NCBI GenBank assembly: GCA_963828465.1
Contig: CAWHEU010000022.1
Coordinates: forward strand, 1-64,000
Direction of reading: 5' to 3'
Origin: an uncultured Acidobacteriota bacterium
Lineage (GTDB): Bacteria > Actinomycetota > Acidimicrobiia > Spongiisociales > ZC4RG35
DNA length: 64,000 nt
Part shown: positions 45,826 to 55,459 of the stretch, in pieces
Numbering within the stretch: the first letter of the stretch is position 1
Layout of the letters: each line of letters starts with the position of its first letter
Program-made: the position numbers and the translations under genes
The notes under the pieces: model-generated
The model's database searches: none
What the model was told of the DNA's origin: nothing
The model's input: only the letters and a program-made list of their open reading frames with translations

Positions 45826-46776
45826 GTGAGGGCAGTTGTCTACGACCGGTACGGGACCCCCGATGTGCTGCGAATCGAGGAGGTGCCGACGCCGACCCCG
45901 GGACCAGGTCAGGTGCTCGTCGACGTCATGGCGACATCGGTCAACCTCTCCGACTGGGAGTGCTTGGTTGGCTCACCCTTCTACGCCCGCTTCGGTGGCC
46001 TGCGCAAGCCGCGACGCCGGACGCTGGGCTCTGACATCGCCGGCCGGATCCGGGAAGTCGGGTCTGGAGTCACCCGCTTCCGACCCGGTGACGAGGTGTA
46101 CGGCGAGATTCCGATGGGGGGCTTCGCCGAGTACGCCGTGGCTCCTGAGTCGGCGCTGGCCCACAAGCCGGAGGCGCTCACCTTCGCCCACGCCTCGACG
46201 ATTCCACAACCTGGGCCCATCGCCTTGCAGGGCACGGCCACGGTCAAACCCGGACAGCGAGTCGCGATCAACGGCGCCGGTGGTGGGTCGGGTTCCTTCG
46301 CCATCCAGCTCGCCAAGCGAGCCGGTGCACATGTGACCGGAGTCGACAATGCCCAAAAGCTCGACCACATGCGGACGATGGGGGCTGATGAGGTGGTCGA
46401 TCATGGAACTCAGGACTTCACCAGGCTCGAGCCATTCGACCTGATCCTGGACATGGTTGCCCACCGCTCCGTGTTCGCTTATCGACGGGCATTGGCCCCG
46501 GGTGGCCGATACCGGTGTGTCGGCGGATCGGTCCGGGCCTTGCTGCGCGTCCTGACGGTGGGTGTGGTCATCGGCCGGCTCACCGGTCGCCGGCTCGGGG
46601 TGCTCGCTGTGAGACCGGGCCCGGCCCACTTCCGGCCCCTCGCCGACCTCTGTGTCTCAGGTGACGTCCGCATCCACATCGACAGGACGTTTTCGATGGA
46701 TGAGGTGCCCGAGGCGCTGGCTCGCGTCGGTGAAGGGCGTGCCCTAGGCAAGGTGGTCGTCCAGAACGCCCGATGA
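45826..46776 (+). CDS. NAD(P)-dependent MDR oxidoreductase (quinone oxidoreductase-like)
   Basis: YGTPDVL, LGSDIAG, F.PGDEVYG, NGAGGGSG, GKVVV. Confidence 0.9.
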   Translation: MRAVVYDRYGTPDVLRIEEVPTPTPGPGQVLVDVMATSVNLSDWECLVGSPFYARFGGLRKPRRRTLGSDIAGRIREVGSGVTRFRPGDEVYGEIPMGGFAEYAVAPESALAHKPEALTFAHASTIPQPGPIALQGTATVKPGQRVAINGAGGGSGSFAIQLAKRAGAHVTGVDNAQKLDHMRTMGADEVVDHGTQDFTRLEPFDLILDMVAHRSVFAYRRALAPGGRYRCVGGSVRALLRVLTVGVVIGRLTGRRLGVLAVRPGPAHFRPLADLCVSGDVRIHIDRTFSMDEVPEALARVGEGRALGKVVVQNAR

Positions 46777-46798
46777 CAACCCGCGTAGCCTGGCCGGC

Positions 46799-47266
46799 AT
46801 GAGCTACGGCTGGTGGAAATTCATCCATCTCGCCGGTGTCGTGGGCTTCGTTGCCGCTCACGGCACCTCCATGGCGGCCACCGTCTTGATGAGGCGGATC
46901 CGTGAGCCGCAGCAGGTGGCGGGAGTCCTCCAGCTCAGCGCAGCCACGGTGAGCACTTTCTATGTCTCGACGTTGGTTCTGCTGGTGGGAGGGATCGGCG
47001 CCGGGGTGGTCGGTCAATGGTTCGATCAGGGGTGGATCTGGTTGTCACTGGGCCTGCTGATCGGGGTCGGGGTCCTCATGTTCCCCATGGCCCGACGCCA
47101 CTTCCGTCGGATCCGCATGATCCTCGAGCTGATGGAAACCGGGACAGCCGTTTCCCAAGACGATTTCGCTCGGGTCGTCAACTCGGGTAGCCCGGTCCTC
47201 ACCGCAGGCACCGGGTTCGTGGCGCTTCTGTTCATCCTCTATCTGATGGTCCTGAAGCCGTTTTGA
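46799..47266 (+). CDS. DUF2269-like 4-TM membrane protein
   Basis: KFIHL, hydrophobic helices, terminal YLMVLKPF. Confidence 0.8.
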   Translation: MSYGWWKFIHLAGVVGFVAAHGTSMAATVLMRRIREPQQVAGVLQLSAATVSTFYVSTLVLLVGGIGAGVVGQWFDQGWIWLSLGLLIGVGVLMFPMARRHFRRIRMILELMETGTAVSQDDFARVVNSGSPVLTAGTGFVALLFILYLMVLKPF

Positions 47267-48267
47267 GCGCCTACCGCCGGATCATCGTCGGGGCTCACGG
47301 CTCACCCACCTCGGCAGTGGCCGAGGAGGCCGCCGCCCGGCTCGCCAACCAACTCGGAGCGGAGCTGGTCCTGATCAATGTCGACGAAACGGGGAGCGGC
47401 GAGGACATTCTCCGAGCCGCGGCCGACCGGGCCCGCACCTTCGGCATCGAGGCGCAGACCCTGCATCGCGAAGGTGAGGTCGCCGAGTCGATAGTTGCCG
47501 CCGCGGCCGAGCTCCGTGCCGATCTGTTGGTCATCGGGGACCACGGGATGGGACCGGACAGCCGGTTCAGCCTCGGCGGCATCCCTAGCCAGGTGGCACA
47601 TCACTCACCAGTCGACATCCTGGTGGTGAGAACCTCCGACCCCACCCGGGAGCACGACTACCGCAGAGCCCTGCTCGCCACCGATGGTTCCCTTACTGCC
47701 CACCAGGCGACCCGCCACGGTGACGCCCTGGCCCAGGCACTCGGGGCCGAGATCACCCTGATCTACGTCGGTGACGAGCTCATTGGCGACATCGTGCTCC
47801 GGGACACCGCCGCCCGACTCGATCGTGACGGAATCGAGCGGATCGTCACCAAGGGAAATCCGGCGGTGCAGATCTCGAGACATGCCGGCGACTATGACCT
47901 GGTCGTTGTGGGGAACAAGGGGATGACCGGCTCCCGGCGATACATTCAGCGGGCAGTGCCCAGCAGGGTTGCGCACGAAGCCGGGTCGGATGTCCTTATC
48001 GTTCGGACGGTGAGTAGGTCATTCTTCGATCTCCGCCCCGGGGAAGGCGCCGTCGTCGAGGTCGATGGGGAGAAGGTCGCGGCATACCTCCACGAAGACG
48101 GGACGACCTTTGCCCTCTCCGCTCGGTGCCAGCACATGGGGTGCATCGTCGACTGGAACAGTCGGGCCAAGACCTGGGATTGTCCCTGCCACGGCTCCCG
48201 CTACGAGTACAGCGGCGCCATCATCAACGGTCCCACCACCAAGCCGCTGCCCCCGGTCCAGGCCTGA
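47263..48267 (+). CDS. Tandem universal stress protein domains + C-terminal Rieske [2Fe-2S] domain
   Basis: IIVGAHGS..ADLLVIG..G..LGG; LLATDGS..DLVVVGNKG; Rieske CQHMGC...CPCHGSRY. Confidence 0.9.
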   Translation: MSAYRRIIVGAHGSPTSAVAEEAAARLANQLGAELVLINVDETGSGEDILRAAADRARTFGIEAQTLHREGEVAESIVAAAAELRADLLVIGDHGMGPDSRFSLGGIPSQVAHHSPVDILVVRTSDPTREHDYRRALLATDGSLTAHQATRHGDALAQALGAEITLIYVGDELIGDIVLRDTAARLDRDGIERIVTKGNPAVQISRHAGDYDLVVVGNKGMTGSRRYIQRAVPSRVAHEAGSDVLIVRTVSRSFFDLRPGEGAVVEVDGEKVAAYLHEDGTTFALSARCQHMGCIVDWNSRAKTWDCPCHGSRYEYSGAIINGPTTKPLPPVQA

Positions 48268-48282
48268 GGGCTCCGACCGAAA

Positions 48283-51200
48283 GTGCTGCCTTCCGGTCTC
48301 GTCACCTTCGTCCTGACCGACATCGAGGGTTCGACACGACTCTTCCGCGAGCTCGGTGATGAGTACCCCAGACTGCTGGCAGACCATTACGAGCTGCTCC
48401 GCGCCGCGGTGACCGGCCATGGAGGCGCTGAGGTCGGGACCGAGGGCGACTCGCTGCTGATCGCATTTCCTGATGCGGCCGAGGCGGTCGCCGCTTGCCT
48501 CGAAGGTCAACTCGCACTGTCCGCCCATGTCTGGCCCCTCGGTGTAAAAGTCCAGGTGCGGATGGGAGTGCACACGGGAGAGGCGACACCGGTTGATGGC
48601 AACTACGTAGCCCTTCCGCTTCATCAAGTTGCCCGCATCTCTGCCGGAGCCCACGGTGGCCAGATCCTGGTCTCTCAGACCACTGCCACCAACATCGAAG
48701 GGAGGCTCCCGCCAGGCACACACCTGGCCGCCCTCGGGTCTTTCCAACTGCGAGGCTTCGCTACTCCGGAGCCCTTGTATCAGCTGCGGCACCCTGACCT
48801 CCAGGACGATTTTCCGCCGCTGCGCGCCATCGGGGTCCTTGCCCACAACCTGCCCTTCCGCCGCGCCAGCTTCGTCGGACGGGCCCAGGATCGGGCGACG
48901 CTGGCCGGGATGCTCGGCACGACGGGCCTGGTCACGGTCGTTGGCCCTGGTGGCGTCGGGAAGACACGGCTCGCCCTCCAGGTGGCCTTCGACGTGCTCG
49001 ACGAGTTCGACGACGGAGTCTGGCTGGTCGAGCTGGCACCCTTAGCCGATCCTGTCTCTGTGCCCAGGGCAGTCGCCTCTGCCATGGGCATTGCCGAGGT
49101 TCCCGGCCAGAGCACTGAAGAGGCTCTGACTTCGGCTCTTGGGGGCAAGGCTGCCCTGCTCGTCCTGGACAACTGCGAACACCTCCTCGACGCCGTCGCC
49201 GGCCTCGCCCAGATGCTTTCAGAGCGCTGCCCCAACCTGGTGATTCTCTCCACGAGCAGAGAGCCGCTCGACATCGACGGGGAGGTTGTCTGGCGGGTAG
49301 AGCCACTTCTCACCCTCGACCCCGATCAGACGGTCGGCATCGCCGAGCTGAAGGCGTCGGACGCCGTGCAGCTGTTCACCGAAAGAGCCGCCTCGGTTCG
49401 ACCCGGATTCGAGCTCACCGAGGACAACGCCGGCGATGTCGCGAGGATCGTCTTTCATCTGAGCGGCATGCCGCTGGCGATCGAGTTGGCCGCAGCCGCC
49501 CTGGCCGATCGGTCGTTGAGCGGTGTGCTCAGCGGGCTCGAAGACCGGTTCTCGCTGTTGGTCCGGGGACGGCGGACCGCCCCCACCCGTCATCAGACGC
49601 TTCGCGCCGCGATCGAGTGGAGCCTCGACCTGTTGGAGCCATCCGAGCGACTCCTGTTCGACCGGCTTTCGGTATTCGCCGGCAGCGGGACCAATGCTGC
49701 CGCCGGTGAGGTCTGCGCCGGTGGCGCAGTGGAGGGCAGCGAAGTCTCCGAGATCATGGGTCGTCTGGTCAGGGCATCGCTGGTCTCGATCGAGTCGGAA
49801 TCACCCGATCGTTGGACCATGCTCGAGTCGATTCGCGAATTGGGTGTGCTGGAGCTGGCCGAGTCGGGTGGAACGGAAGAGTTCTCCCGTCGACACCGGA
49901 CCTGGGCTGTAGGGCGCGTCGAGGCGGTCGAGGATCGAATCGGCCGAAAAGGGCAGGAGGCCGTCTTGGCCGAGCTGGCCGACGAACGCGACAACATCCG
50001 GCGGGCCATCGAAAACGCGCTCTCGGCCCACGACACGGAGATCGGGTTGCGGATATGCACCGCCATGACCCGCTATTGGACGTCGCACGGAGACTGGACC
50101 GAGGGATCAGAGCAGCTCGGCAACGTGCTGGCTCTGAGCGGGGGCGACCCGGGACTTCGTGGTCGTGCGCTGGTCGCTCTGGGCAGCCTCCTTCAACTCA
50201 GGGGGGAGCTCGAGGAGGCCGACAAGCGGTTTGGGGAGGCAAGAGAGTTGGCCACCGCTACGGGCGACGACGTCAACCTGGCTCGTGCTCTTTTGTATGC
50301 GGGTTATGTCGCATTCCGACACTCCCACCTATCGGAGGCCCAGGGTCTTTGGGAGGAGGCTCTAGCCCGCGCTCGCAGCGGCGGAGACCAGCGCGTGGAG
50401 GCCAGTGTCCTCAGAAGTCTCGCCATCGTCGCCGGCACCGAAGGGCGCCAGGACCTCGCAGGCGAACTGTTGGACCAGGCCATCGGGTTGGCCCAAGCTT
50501 CAGGAGACGACCAGCTGCTCCGCCTCCTGCTCGGCTCCTCGGCCGAGATGAACATCTGGCTGGGTCGTTATCAGGTGGCAGAAAGGGCCTACGGAGACGC
50601 TCTATCCCTTGCCGCAGAGATCGGCGATTTCTCGGCCCGCCCACTTTTGCTCGCTGAGTTGGGCTGGGTGGCGATCCTGCGTGGGGATCCACTCACAGCG
50701 CAGCGCCTCTCCATCGAAGCGGTCGAGTTCGCCGAAGACCTGGGAACACCCAGGGTGCTCACCCATGCCCTTCGTCTGGGCGGAGAGGCCATGATGCGTC
50801 TCGGAGACCTGGCCGCCGCGTCCGAGACTCTCGACCGTGCCCTCGCCGTCGCCGAGAGCCTCAACGCTCCCGCCGAGTTGGCCGGCGTGCGCTGCTCACA
50901 GGCGTGCCTGGCCTTGGAGCTCCAGGATTGGGAACTGGCTCGAGTCCACGCCGGAGAGGCGATCGAGACTTCGGGCTTGGCCCACACGATGCGCCGGACC
51001 ACCCCGCAGTGGGTTTTGGGGATGGTCAGCCTGCTCGAAGGCGACCTCGGGTCCGCGGGACGACAGTTCCAGGAGGCCCTCGCCGCGGCGGTAGAGCGGG
51101 GCGCACTCCGTCACGAGGCCACCTTCAGCTTGGGTCTGGCCGCGGTAAACACTGCACAGGGGCGAACCACCGAGGCGGCGAGCCTCTGCAGGCGCGCCCT

Positions 51201-51504
51201 CGACCTGTGGCAAAGCCTCGGCGACCCGCTTGGCGTGGTCGAGTGCCTGGTCGTGTTGGCGCAGCTCGCGGCGACAACAGAGCCCGAAGGTGCTGCGGAG
51301 TTGCTTGATGCGGCCGGGTCGCTTCGGGATCATGCCGGGGCCAAGGCGACACCTCGTGAAGCGGCGCAGGTGGCAGCCATATCAGGCTCGCTTGGGCAGG
51401 TTCTCGCCTCCGAGGGCCTCGAGGCGGCAGCGAAGATGGGTCAAGCAGATGCGGTCGCCGCAGCCGGACGGATCATCTCGATGATCGAGACCGGAAATCA
51501 ATAG
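48283..51504 (+). CDS. Class III cyclase + NB-ARC-like ATPase + TPR protein
   Basis: FVLTDIEGST, EGDS, Walker A GPGGVGKT, LVLDNCEH, TSRE, PLAIELAAA, long TPR tail. Confidence 0.92.
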   Translation: MLPSGLVTFVLTDIEGSTRLFRELGDEYPRLLADHYELLRAAVTGHGGAEVGTEGDSLLIAFPDAAEAVAACLEGQLALSAHVWPLGVKVQVRMGVHTGEATPVDGNYVALPLHQVARISAGAHGGQILVSQTTATNIEGRLPPGTHLAALGSFQLRGFATPEPLYQLRHPDLQDDFPPLRAIGVLAHNLPFRRASFVGRAQDRATLAGMLGTTGLVTVVGPGGVGKTRLALQVAFDVLDEFDDGVWLVELAPLADPVSVPRAVASAMGIAEVPGQSTEEALTSALGGKAALLVLDNCEHLLDAVAGLAQMLSERCPNLVILSTSREPLDIDGEVVWRVEPLLTLDPDQTVGIAELKASDAVQLFTERAASVRPGFELTEDNAGDVARIVFHLSGMPLAIELAAAALADRSLSGVLSGLEDRFSLLVRGRRTAPTRHQTLRAAIEWSLDLLEPSERLLFDRLSVFAGSGTNAAAGEVCAGGAVEGSEVSEIMGRLVRASLVSIESESPDRWTMLESIRELGVLELAESGGTEEFSRRHRTWAVGRVEAVEDRIGRKGQEAVLAELADERDNIRRAIENALSAHDTEIGLRICTAMTRYWTSHGDWTEGSEQLGNVLALSGGDPGLRGRALVALGSLLQLRGELEEADKRFGEARELATATGDDVNLARALLYAGYVAFRHSHLSEAQGLWEEALARARSGGDQRVEASVLRSLAIVAGTEGRQDLAGELLDQAIGLAQASGDDQLLRLLLGSSAEMNIWLGRYQVAERAYGDALSLAAEIGDFSARPLLLAELGWVAILRGDPLTAQRLSIEAVEFAEDLGTPRVLTHALRLGGEAMMRLGDLAAASETLDRALAVAESLNAPAELAGVRCSQACLALELQDWELARVHAGEAIETSGLAHTMRRTTPQWVLGMVSLLEGDLGSAGRQFQEALAAAVERGALRHEATFSLGLAAVNTAQGRTTEAASLCRRALDLWQSLGDPLGVVECLVVLAQLAATTEPEGAAELLDAAGSLRDHAGAKATPREAAQVAAISGSLGQVLASEGLEAAAKMGQADAVAAAGRIISMIETGNQ

Positions 51505-51518
51505 GAAAGGAACACAGC

Positions 51519-52325
51519 ATGGGATGGCTCGATGGTGAGGTGGCAGTGATCACCGGCGCCGGGTCGGGGCTGGGACGGGCCCTGGTGGATCGTTTCGTTG
51601 CAGAAGGAGCCCGGGTCGTCGCCGTCGACCGCGCCGAGGACCGGGTGGCCGAGGTCGAGAAAGCCCACGGGGAAGAGGTTGCAGGAGTCGTTGCCGACGT
51701 GACCAGCGCCGAGGACAACGAACGTGCCGTGGCCCAGGGCCTGGCCCGCTTTGGCCAGATCGATGTCTTCATCGGGAACGCTGGGATGTTCGACTTTGGT
51801 GCCAGCTTCGTCGACACTCCCATCGATCGACTGGAAGAGGGCTTCGACGAGTTGTTCGCCCTCAACGTCAAGGGTTACCTGCTCGGAGTGAAAGCGTCGG
51901 TCAATGCCCTGTTGGAGAGCGGTGGCTCGGTCCTGCTCACCGCGTCGATGTCCTCATGGCACGCCGGGGTGGGAGGTGTGGTCTATACGGCCTCGAAGCA
52001 CGCCGTCGTCGGGTTGGTCCGCCAACTGGCCCACGAGCTGGCGCCAAAAGTGCGGGTCAACGGTGTGGCGCCCGGCTTCATGCGCACCGACATCCGTGGC
52101 CCCAAGGCACTGGGCCTCGGTGATGTCACCCCCTCATCCCTTCCCGATCTGGAACAGATCGCCGTCGCCACCACGCCTCTCAGATTCCTGCCCCGGCCGG
52201 AGGACTACACCGGTCATTTCGTTCAGCTCGCGTCGCGCAGCAACGCCCCAGCCACCACCGGAACCGTTGTCGCATGCGACGGCGGGCTCGACGTGCGGGG
52301 AATCGGGCTGCCCCAACCTGGGTGA
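51519..52325 (+). CDS. SDR, cis-dihydrodiol dehydrogenase (BphB/HcaB)-like
   Basis: MGWL.GEV..ITGAGSGLG, NAG.FD, FDELF..NVKGYLLGVKA, YTASKHAVVGLVRQLA.ELAP, TD.RGP..LG, DYTG..V.LASR. Confidence 0.85.
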   Translation: MGWLDGEVAVITGAGSGLGRALVDRFVAEGARVVAVDRAEDRVAEVEKAHGEEVAGVVADVTSAEDNERAVAQGLARFGQIDVFIGNAGMFDFGASFVDTPIDRLEEGFDELFALNVKGYLLGVKASVNALLESGGSVLLTASMSSWHAGVGGVVYTASKHAVVGLVRQLAHELAPKVRVNGVAPGFMRTDIRGPKALGLGDVTPSSLPDLEQIAVATTPLRFLPRPEDYTGHFVQLASRSNAPATTGTVVACDGGLDVRGIGLPQPG

Positions 52326-52391
52326 CCCAGCCCGCGGCTTCAAAAGTGAGTCCACCTACGCTTCGGGCATTCCGGCGCGAGGGAGTGATAG

Positions 52392-53352
52392 ATGGATCAC
52401 CCGACGACCCTGGGTCGCAGCAGCCTGAGAGTTCCCCGCCTCGGCGTCGGGGCTATGACGTGGGGCGAGCCACGAGGGCTGGCACGTTTCCACCCGGCGC
52501 AGATGGCCTATGGGGGCGCCCACGGGTACGAGGAGGAGGAACGCGCCCTCGAGGCGAGTCTGGAGGCGGGTGTCGACTTGGTCGATACCGCTGCCTTCTA
52601 CAGCGGGGGAGCCTCGGAGCTGCGAGTTGGCAAGCTGGCGCAGGGCAAAGACGTGCTGATCGCCAGCAAATTCCCGTCCGGGATCCGGTTCAAGGCCGAT
52701 GACTTCCCGGGAGAGTTGGAGGCGAGCCTGACCAGGCTGGGGCGCACAAACCTCGACCTGTACCAGCATCACTTCCCGGGACGGGTGTCGATACCGGATT
52801 TGATGAACCACATGGCGGATGCTGTTGAAGCAGGGAAGGTGACGGCGGTAGGAGTCAGCAACTACTCGGCGGACCAGATGCGCCAGGCCCACGCCGCGCT
52901 CGCCGATCGGGGAGTACCGCTTGCATCCAATCAGGTCGAGTACTCACTTTTGCATCGACAACCGGAGACCAACGGTGTTCTCGACGCCTGCCGTGAGTTG
53001 GGTGTCACTCTCATCGCCTATACCCCACTCGCTGGGGGAATGCTGACAGGGAAGTACTCGGCCGAGAATCGTCCCACCGGGTTCTACCGACGTGTCCTGC
53101 CCCGGTATCGCCGCAAAGCGCTGGACGCCATACAACCCGTGGTTTCCGCTCCTCCGCGAGATCGGTGATCGACATTCGAAGACCCCGAGTCAGGTGGCCA
53201 TTCGCTGGCTCATCGAGGACCCGATCGTGCTGCCCATACCTGGCGCCAAGAACGGCAAGCAGGCAACAGATAACGCGGCCGCCCTCGGCTTCTCGTTGGC
53301 GGCCGACGAAGTCGCCGCCTTGAGCGATGCAACCCGAGCATGGAGGGCCTGA
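52392..53352 (+). CDS. Aldo/keto reductase; frameshift near 53145
   Basis: GVGAMTWG, DTA..Y, DLYQHH, VGVSNY, NQVEYSLL; IPGAKN in the shifted frame. Confidence 0.88.
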
Positions 53353-53387
53353 GTCCCCGCTGGAAGCCGGAGATGTAGCTTCCGTCG

Positions 53388-55058
53388 GTGTCGAGGACTC
53401 GTCTGTGGGAGCGTCTCAGTGGTGTGGGCGACGAGATGGTCTCTTCCATCCGTCACCTTGTCGAGGCGCTCCGTGTCAGGGACATGCGGCGGGTGCTCGC
53501 TGCGTACCTCGGCTTCAGCGTGGCCGAGATGGCGAACTTCATCGCCATCCTCATCTACGCCTACGAAGTGGGTGGCGCCTCGGCTCTCGGCCTGGTCGCG
53601 TTCCTCCAGCTCGCCCCGGCCACCGTGTTCGCCCCCGTTGGCGCCACCCTCGGAGACCGCTACCGCCGCGAGCTCATGCTCATCGTGGCGTACGCGGTCT
53701 TTGCCGCCTCCTCGGCCTCGATGGCGATCGCGCTCTACGCCGATTGGCCAGTGGGCGTGATCTACTTCCTCGCCGCGGTCAACGGCACGGTTCTGACCCT
53801 GGTGCGACCGTTTCACGAGTCCCTCCTCCCCGCCCTCGCCCGGAGCACGGAGCAACTGACGGCGGGGTATGTCGCCGGCGGAACAATCGAAAACCTGGGC
53901 TGGATCGCCGGGCCTCTTCTGGCCGGCGTCACCGCGGCTGCCTGGGGAATAGGCACCACCTTCGTCATCACGACGGCGCTTCTACTCGTCGGCACGATCT
54001 TGGTCTGGAGTGTTCAGACCACCACGGCAGCCGACCGTGGCACCGGCCAGAGCGCAATTCAGATGACATTGGAGGGGTTCGGCGCCTTCCGCGGCCCCCG
54101 CCCCAGGGTCATCCTCCTCTCCTCGACCAGCGTCTTCTTCCTAGCCGGTGTTCTCGAGGTCGCCACCATCGTCCTCGCCTTCGAAGTGTTCGCCACGGAA
54201 GATTCCGGGGCTGCCTGGCTCAATGCCGCTATCGGTATTGGTGCCGCAGCAGGCTCGGTCCTTGCGATCGTTCTGATCGGAAAGAGACACCTCGCTCCAT
54301 CGATGCGGCGGGGACTGCTACTCATCGCTGTATCCGTGTCTTTGATCCCGATCTTTGGATCGCAGGCAGTCGCCCTTGTCGCTTTGGCCGTCATGGGCGC
54401 CGGCTGGACCTTCGTCGATGTGTCGGGTCGGATCATGCTGCAACGGGTCATCCCGCTCGGCGGTCTCTCCCGGGCGTTTGGGGTCGTGGAAGGAACCTCC
54501 ACCGCCGCCGAGGCGTTCGGCTCGGTAGCGGGGGCGATCCTCATCGGCTGGTTGGGCGTCGGGTGGACGCTGGTCGTCGCCAGTCTGCTCATCATCCTTG
54601 TCGTCCTGGTCAACCGCGGGGCGCTCCAGGAGGCGGACGTTGGGGTGATAGTCCCCATCGAGCACCTCCACTTGTTGAGGTCGACGCCGATGTTCGCCGC
54701 ATTAGGCCCGGCCGAGTTGGAGCGCCTGGCATTGACCATCGATGAGGAATCGGTCGGCCCGGGCTCTGCCGTCTGTGTGCAGGGGGAGCCGGGGGAACAC
54801 TTCTACTTCGTGGAGCGGGGGACGGCCCGGGTCGTACGTGACGGCACAGATGTCGCAACCCTGGCGACCGGGGACTTCTTCGGGGAGATTGCCTTGTTGC
54901 GGGACATCCCCCGAACCGCCACCGTCGAGGCCGTGAGCGACCTGGATCTATTGGTCCTCGAAAGGGGGCCGTTCCTAGACGCGATCAAGTCGTCGGCGTG
55001 CCAGATCGAAGCCGCCCAAGCGGTATCCCAGACTCGCATGGACGAGTTGGGAATGTGA
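53388..55058 (+). CDS. MFS transporter fused to C-terminal cyclic nucleotide-binding domain
   Basis: About 12 TM, GATLGDRYRR; cNMP motifs QGEPG..FYFV..G, GDFFGEIALL..PRTATV. Confidence 0.92.
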   Translation: MSRTRLWERLSGVGDEMVSSIRHLVEALRVRDMRRVLAAYLGFSVAEMANFIAILIYAYEVGGASALGLVAFLQLAPATVFAPVGATLGDRYRRELMLIVAYAVFAASSASMAIALYADWPVGVIYFLAAVNGTVLTLVRPFHESLLPALARSTEQLTAGYVAGGTIENLGWIAGPLLAGVTAAAWGIGTTFVITTALLLVGTILVWSVQTTTAADRGTGQSAIQMTLEGFGAFRGPRPRVILLSSTSVFFLAGVLEVATIVLAFEVFATEDSGAAWLNAAIGIGAAAGSVLAIVLIGKRHLAPSMRRGLLLIAVSVSLIPIFGSQAVALVALAVMGAGWTFVDVSGRIMLQRVIPLGGLSRAFGVVEGTSTAAEAFGSVAGAILIGWLGVGWTLVVASLLIILVVLVNRGALQEADVGVIVPIEHLHLLRSTPMFAALGPAELERLALTIDEESVGPGSAVCVQGEPGEHFYFVERGTARVVRDGTDVATLATGDFFGEIALLRDIPRTATVEAVSDLDLLVLERGPFLDAIKSSACQIEAAQAVSQTRMDELGM

Positions 55059-55146
55059 AGAATCCTCGATGGACGACGCCAACAGCATGGCGGGTCCGTT
55101 CTTCGCTATGTTCCGGCATGCACCCGGAGCGAGGAGGAGAAGAACA

Positions 55147-55398
55147 GTGCCCACATTCATGGACGTCCACAATATGGACGGGGGAGTATCCGCGGCAGAT
55201 GTTGCCGGGGCTCACCAGGCGGATCTGGCCCACCAGGATCAGTACGGCGTCAATTACAAGAGCTACTGGGTGGACGAGTCCAACGGCAAGATCTTCTGCC
55301 TCGTCGACGCTCCAGACTCCGAGACTGCGGTGAAGGTGCACCGGGAGGCGCACGGTCTGGTCGCCGACGAGATCTACGAGGTCGTCGAAGGGTCTTGA
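55147..55398 (+). CDS. SCO4226/DUF4242 family nickel-binding protein
   Basis: FMDVH, AHQADL, YWVDE..GKIFCL..AP, VHREAHGLVADEI; GAGGAGG RBS before GTG. Confidence 0.9.
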   Translation: MPTFMDVHNMDGGVSAADVAGAHQADLAHQDQYGVNYKSYWVDESNGKIFCLVDAPDSETAVKVHREAHGLVADEIYEVVEGS

Positions 55399-55444
55399 TG
55401 CGGCGCCTGACAGTGCGCAGGCCCGTCTGAAAGCAGCTCCCACG

Positions 55445-55459
55445 TAGGGTCTTGGGATG
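55445..55459 (+). promoter_or_regulatory. Putative leaderless promoter, -10 TAGGGT-N6-ATG
   Basis: Same geometry recurs at 36850, 46786, 53376, 63264 (+) and 13586-13591, 40564-40569 (-). Confidence 0.55.
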
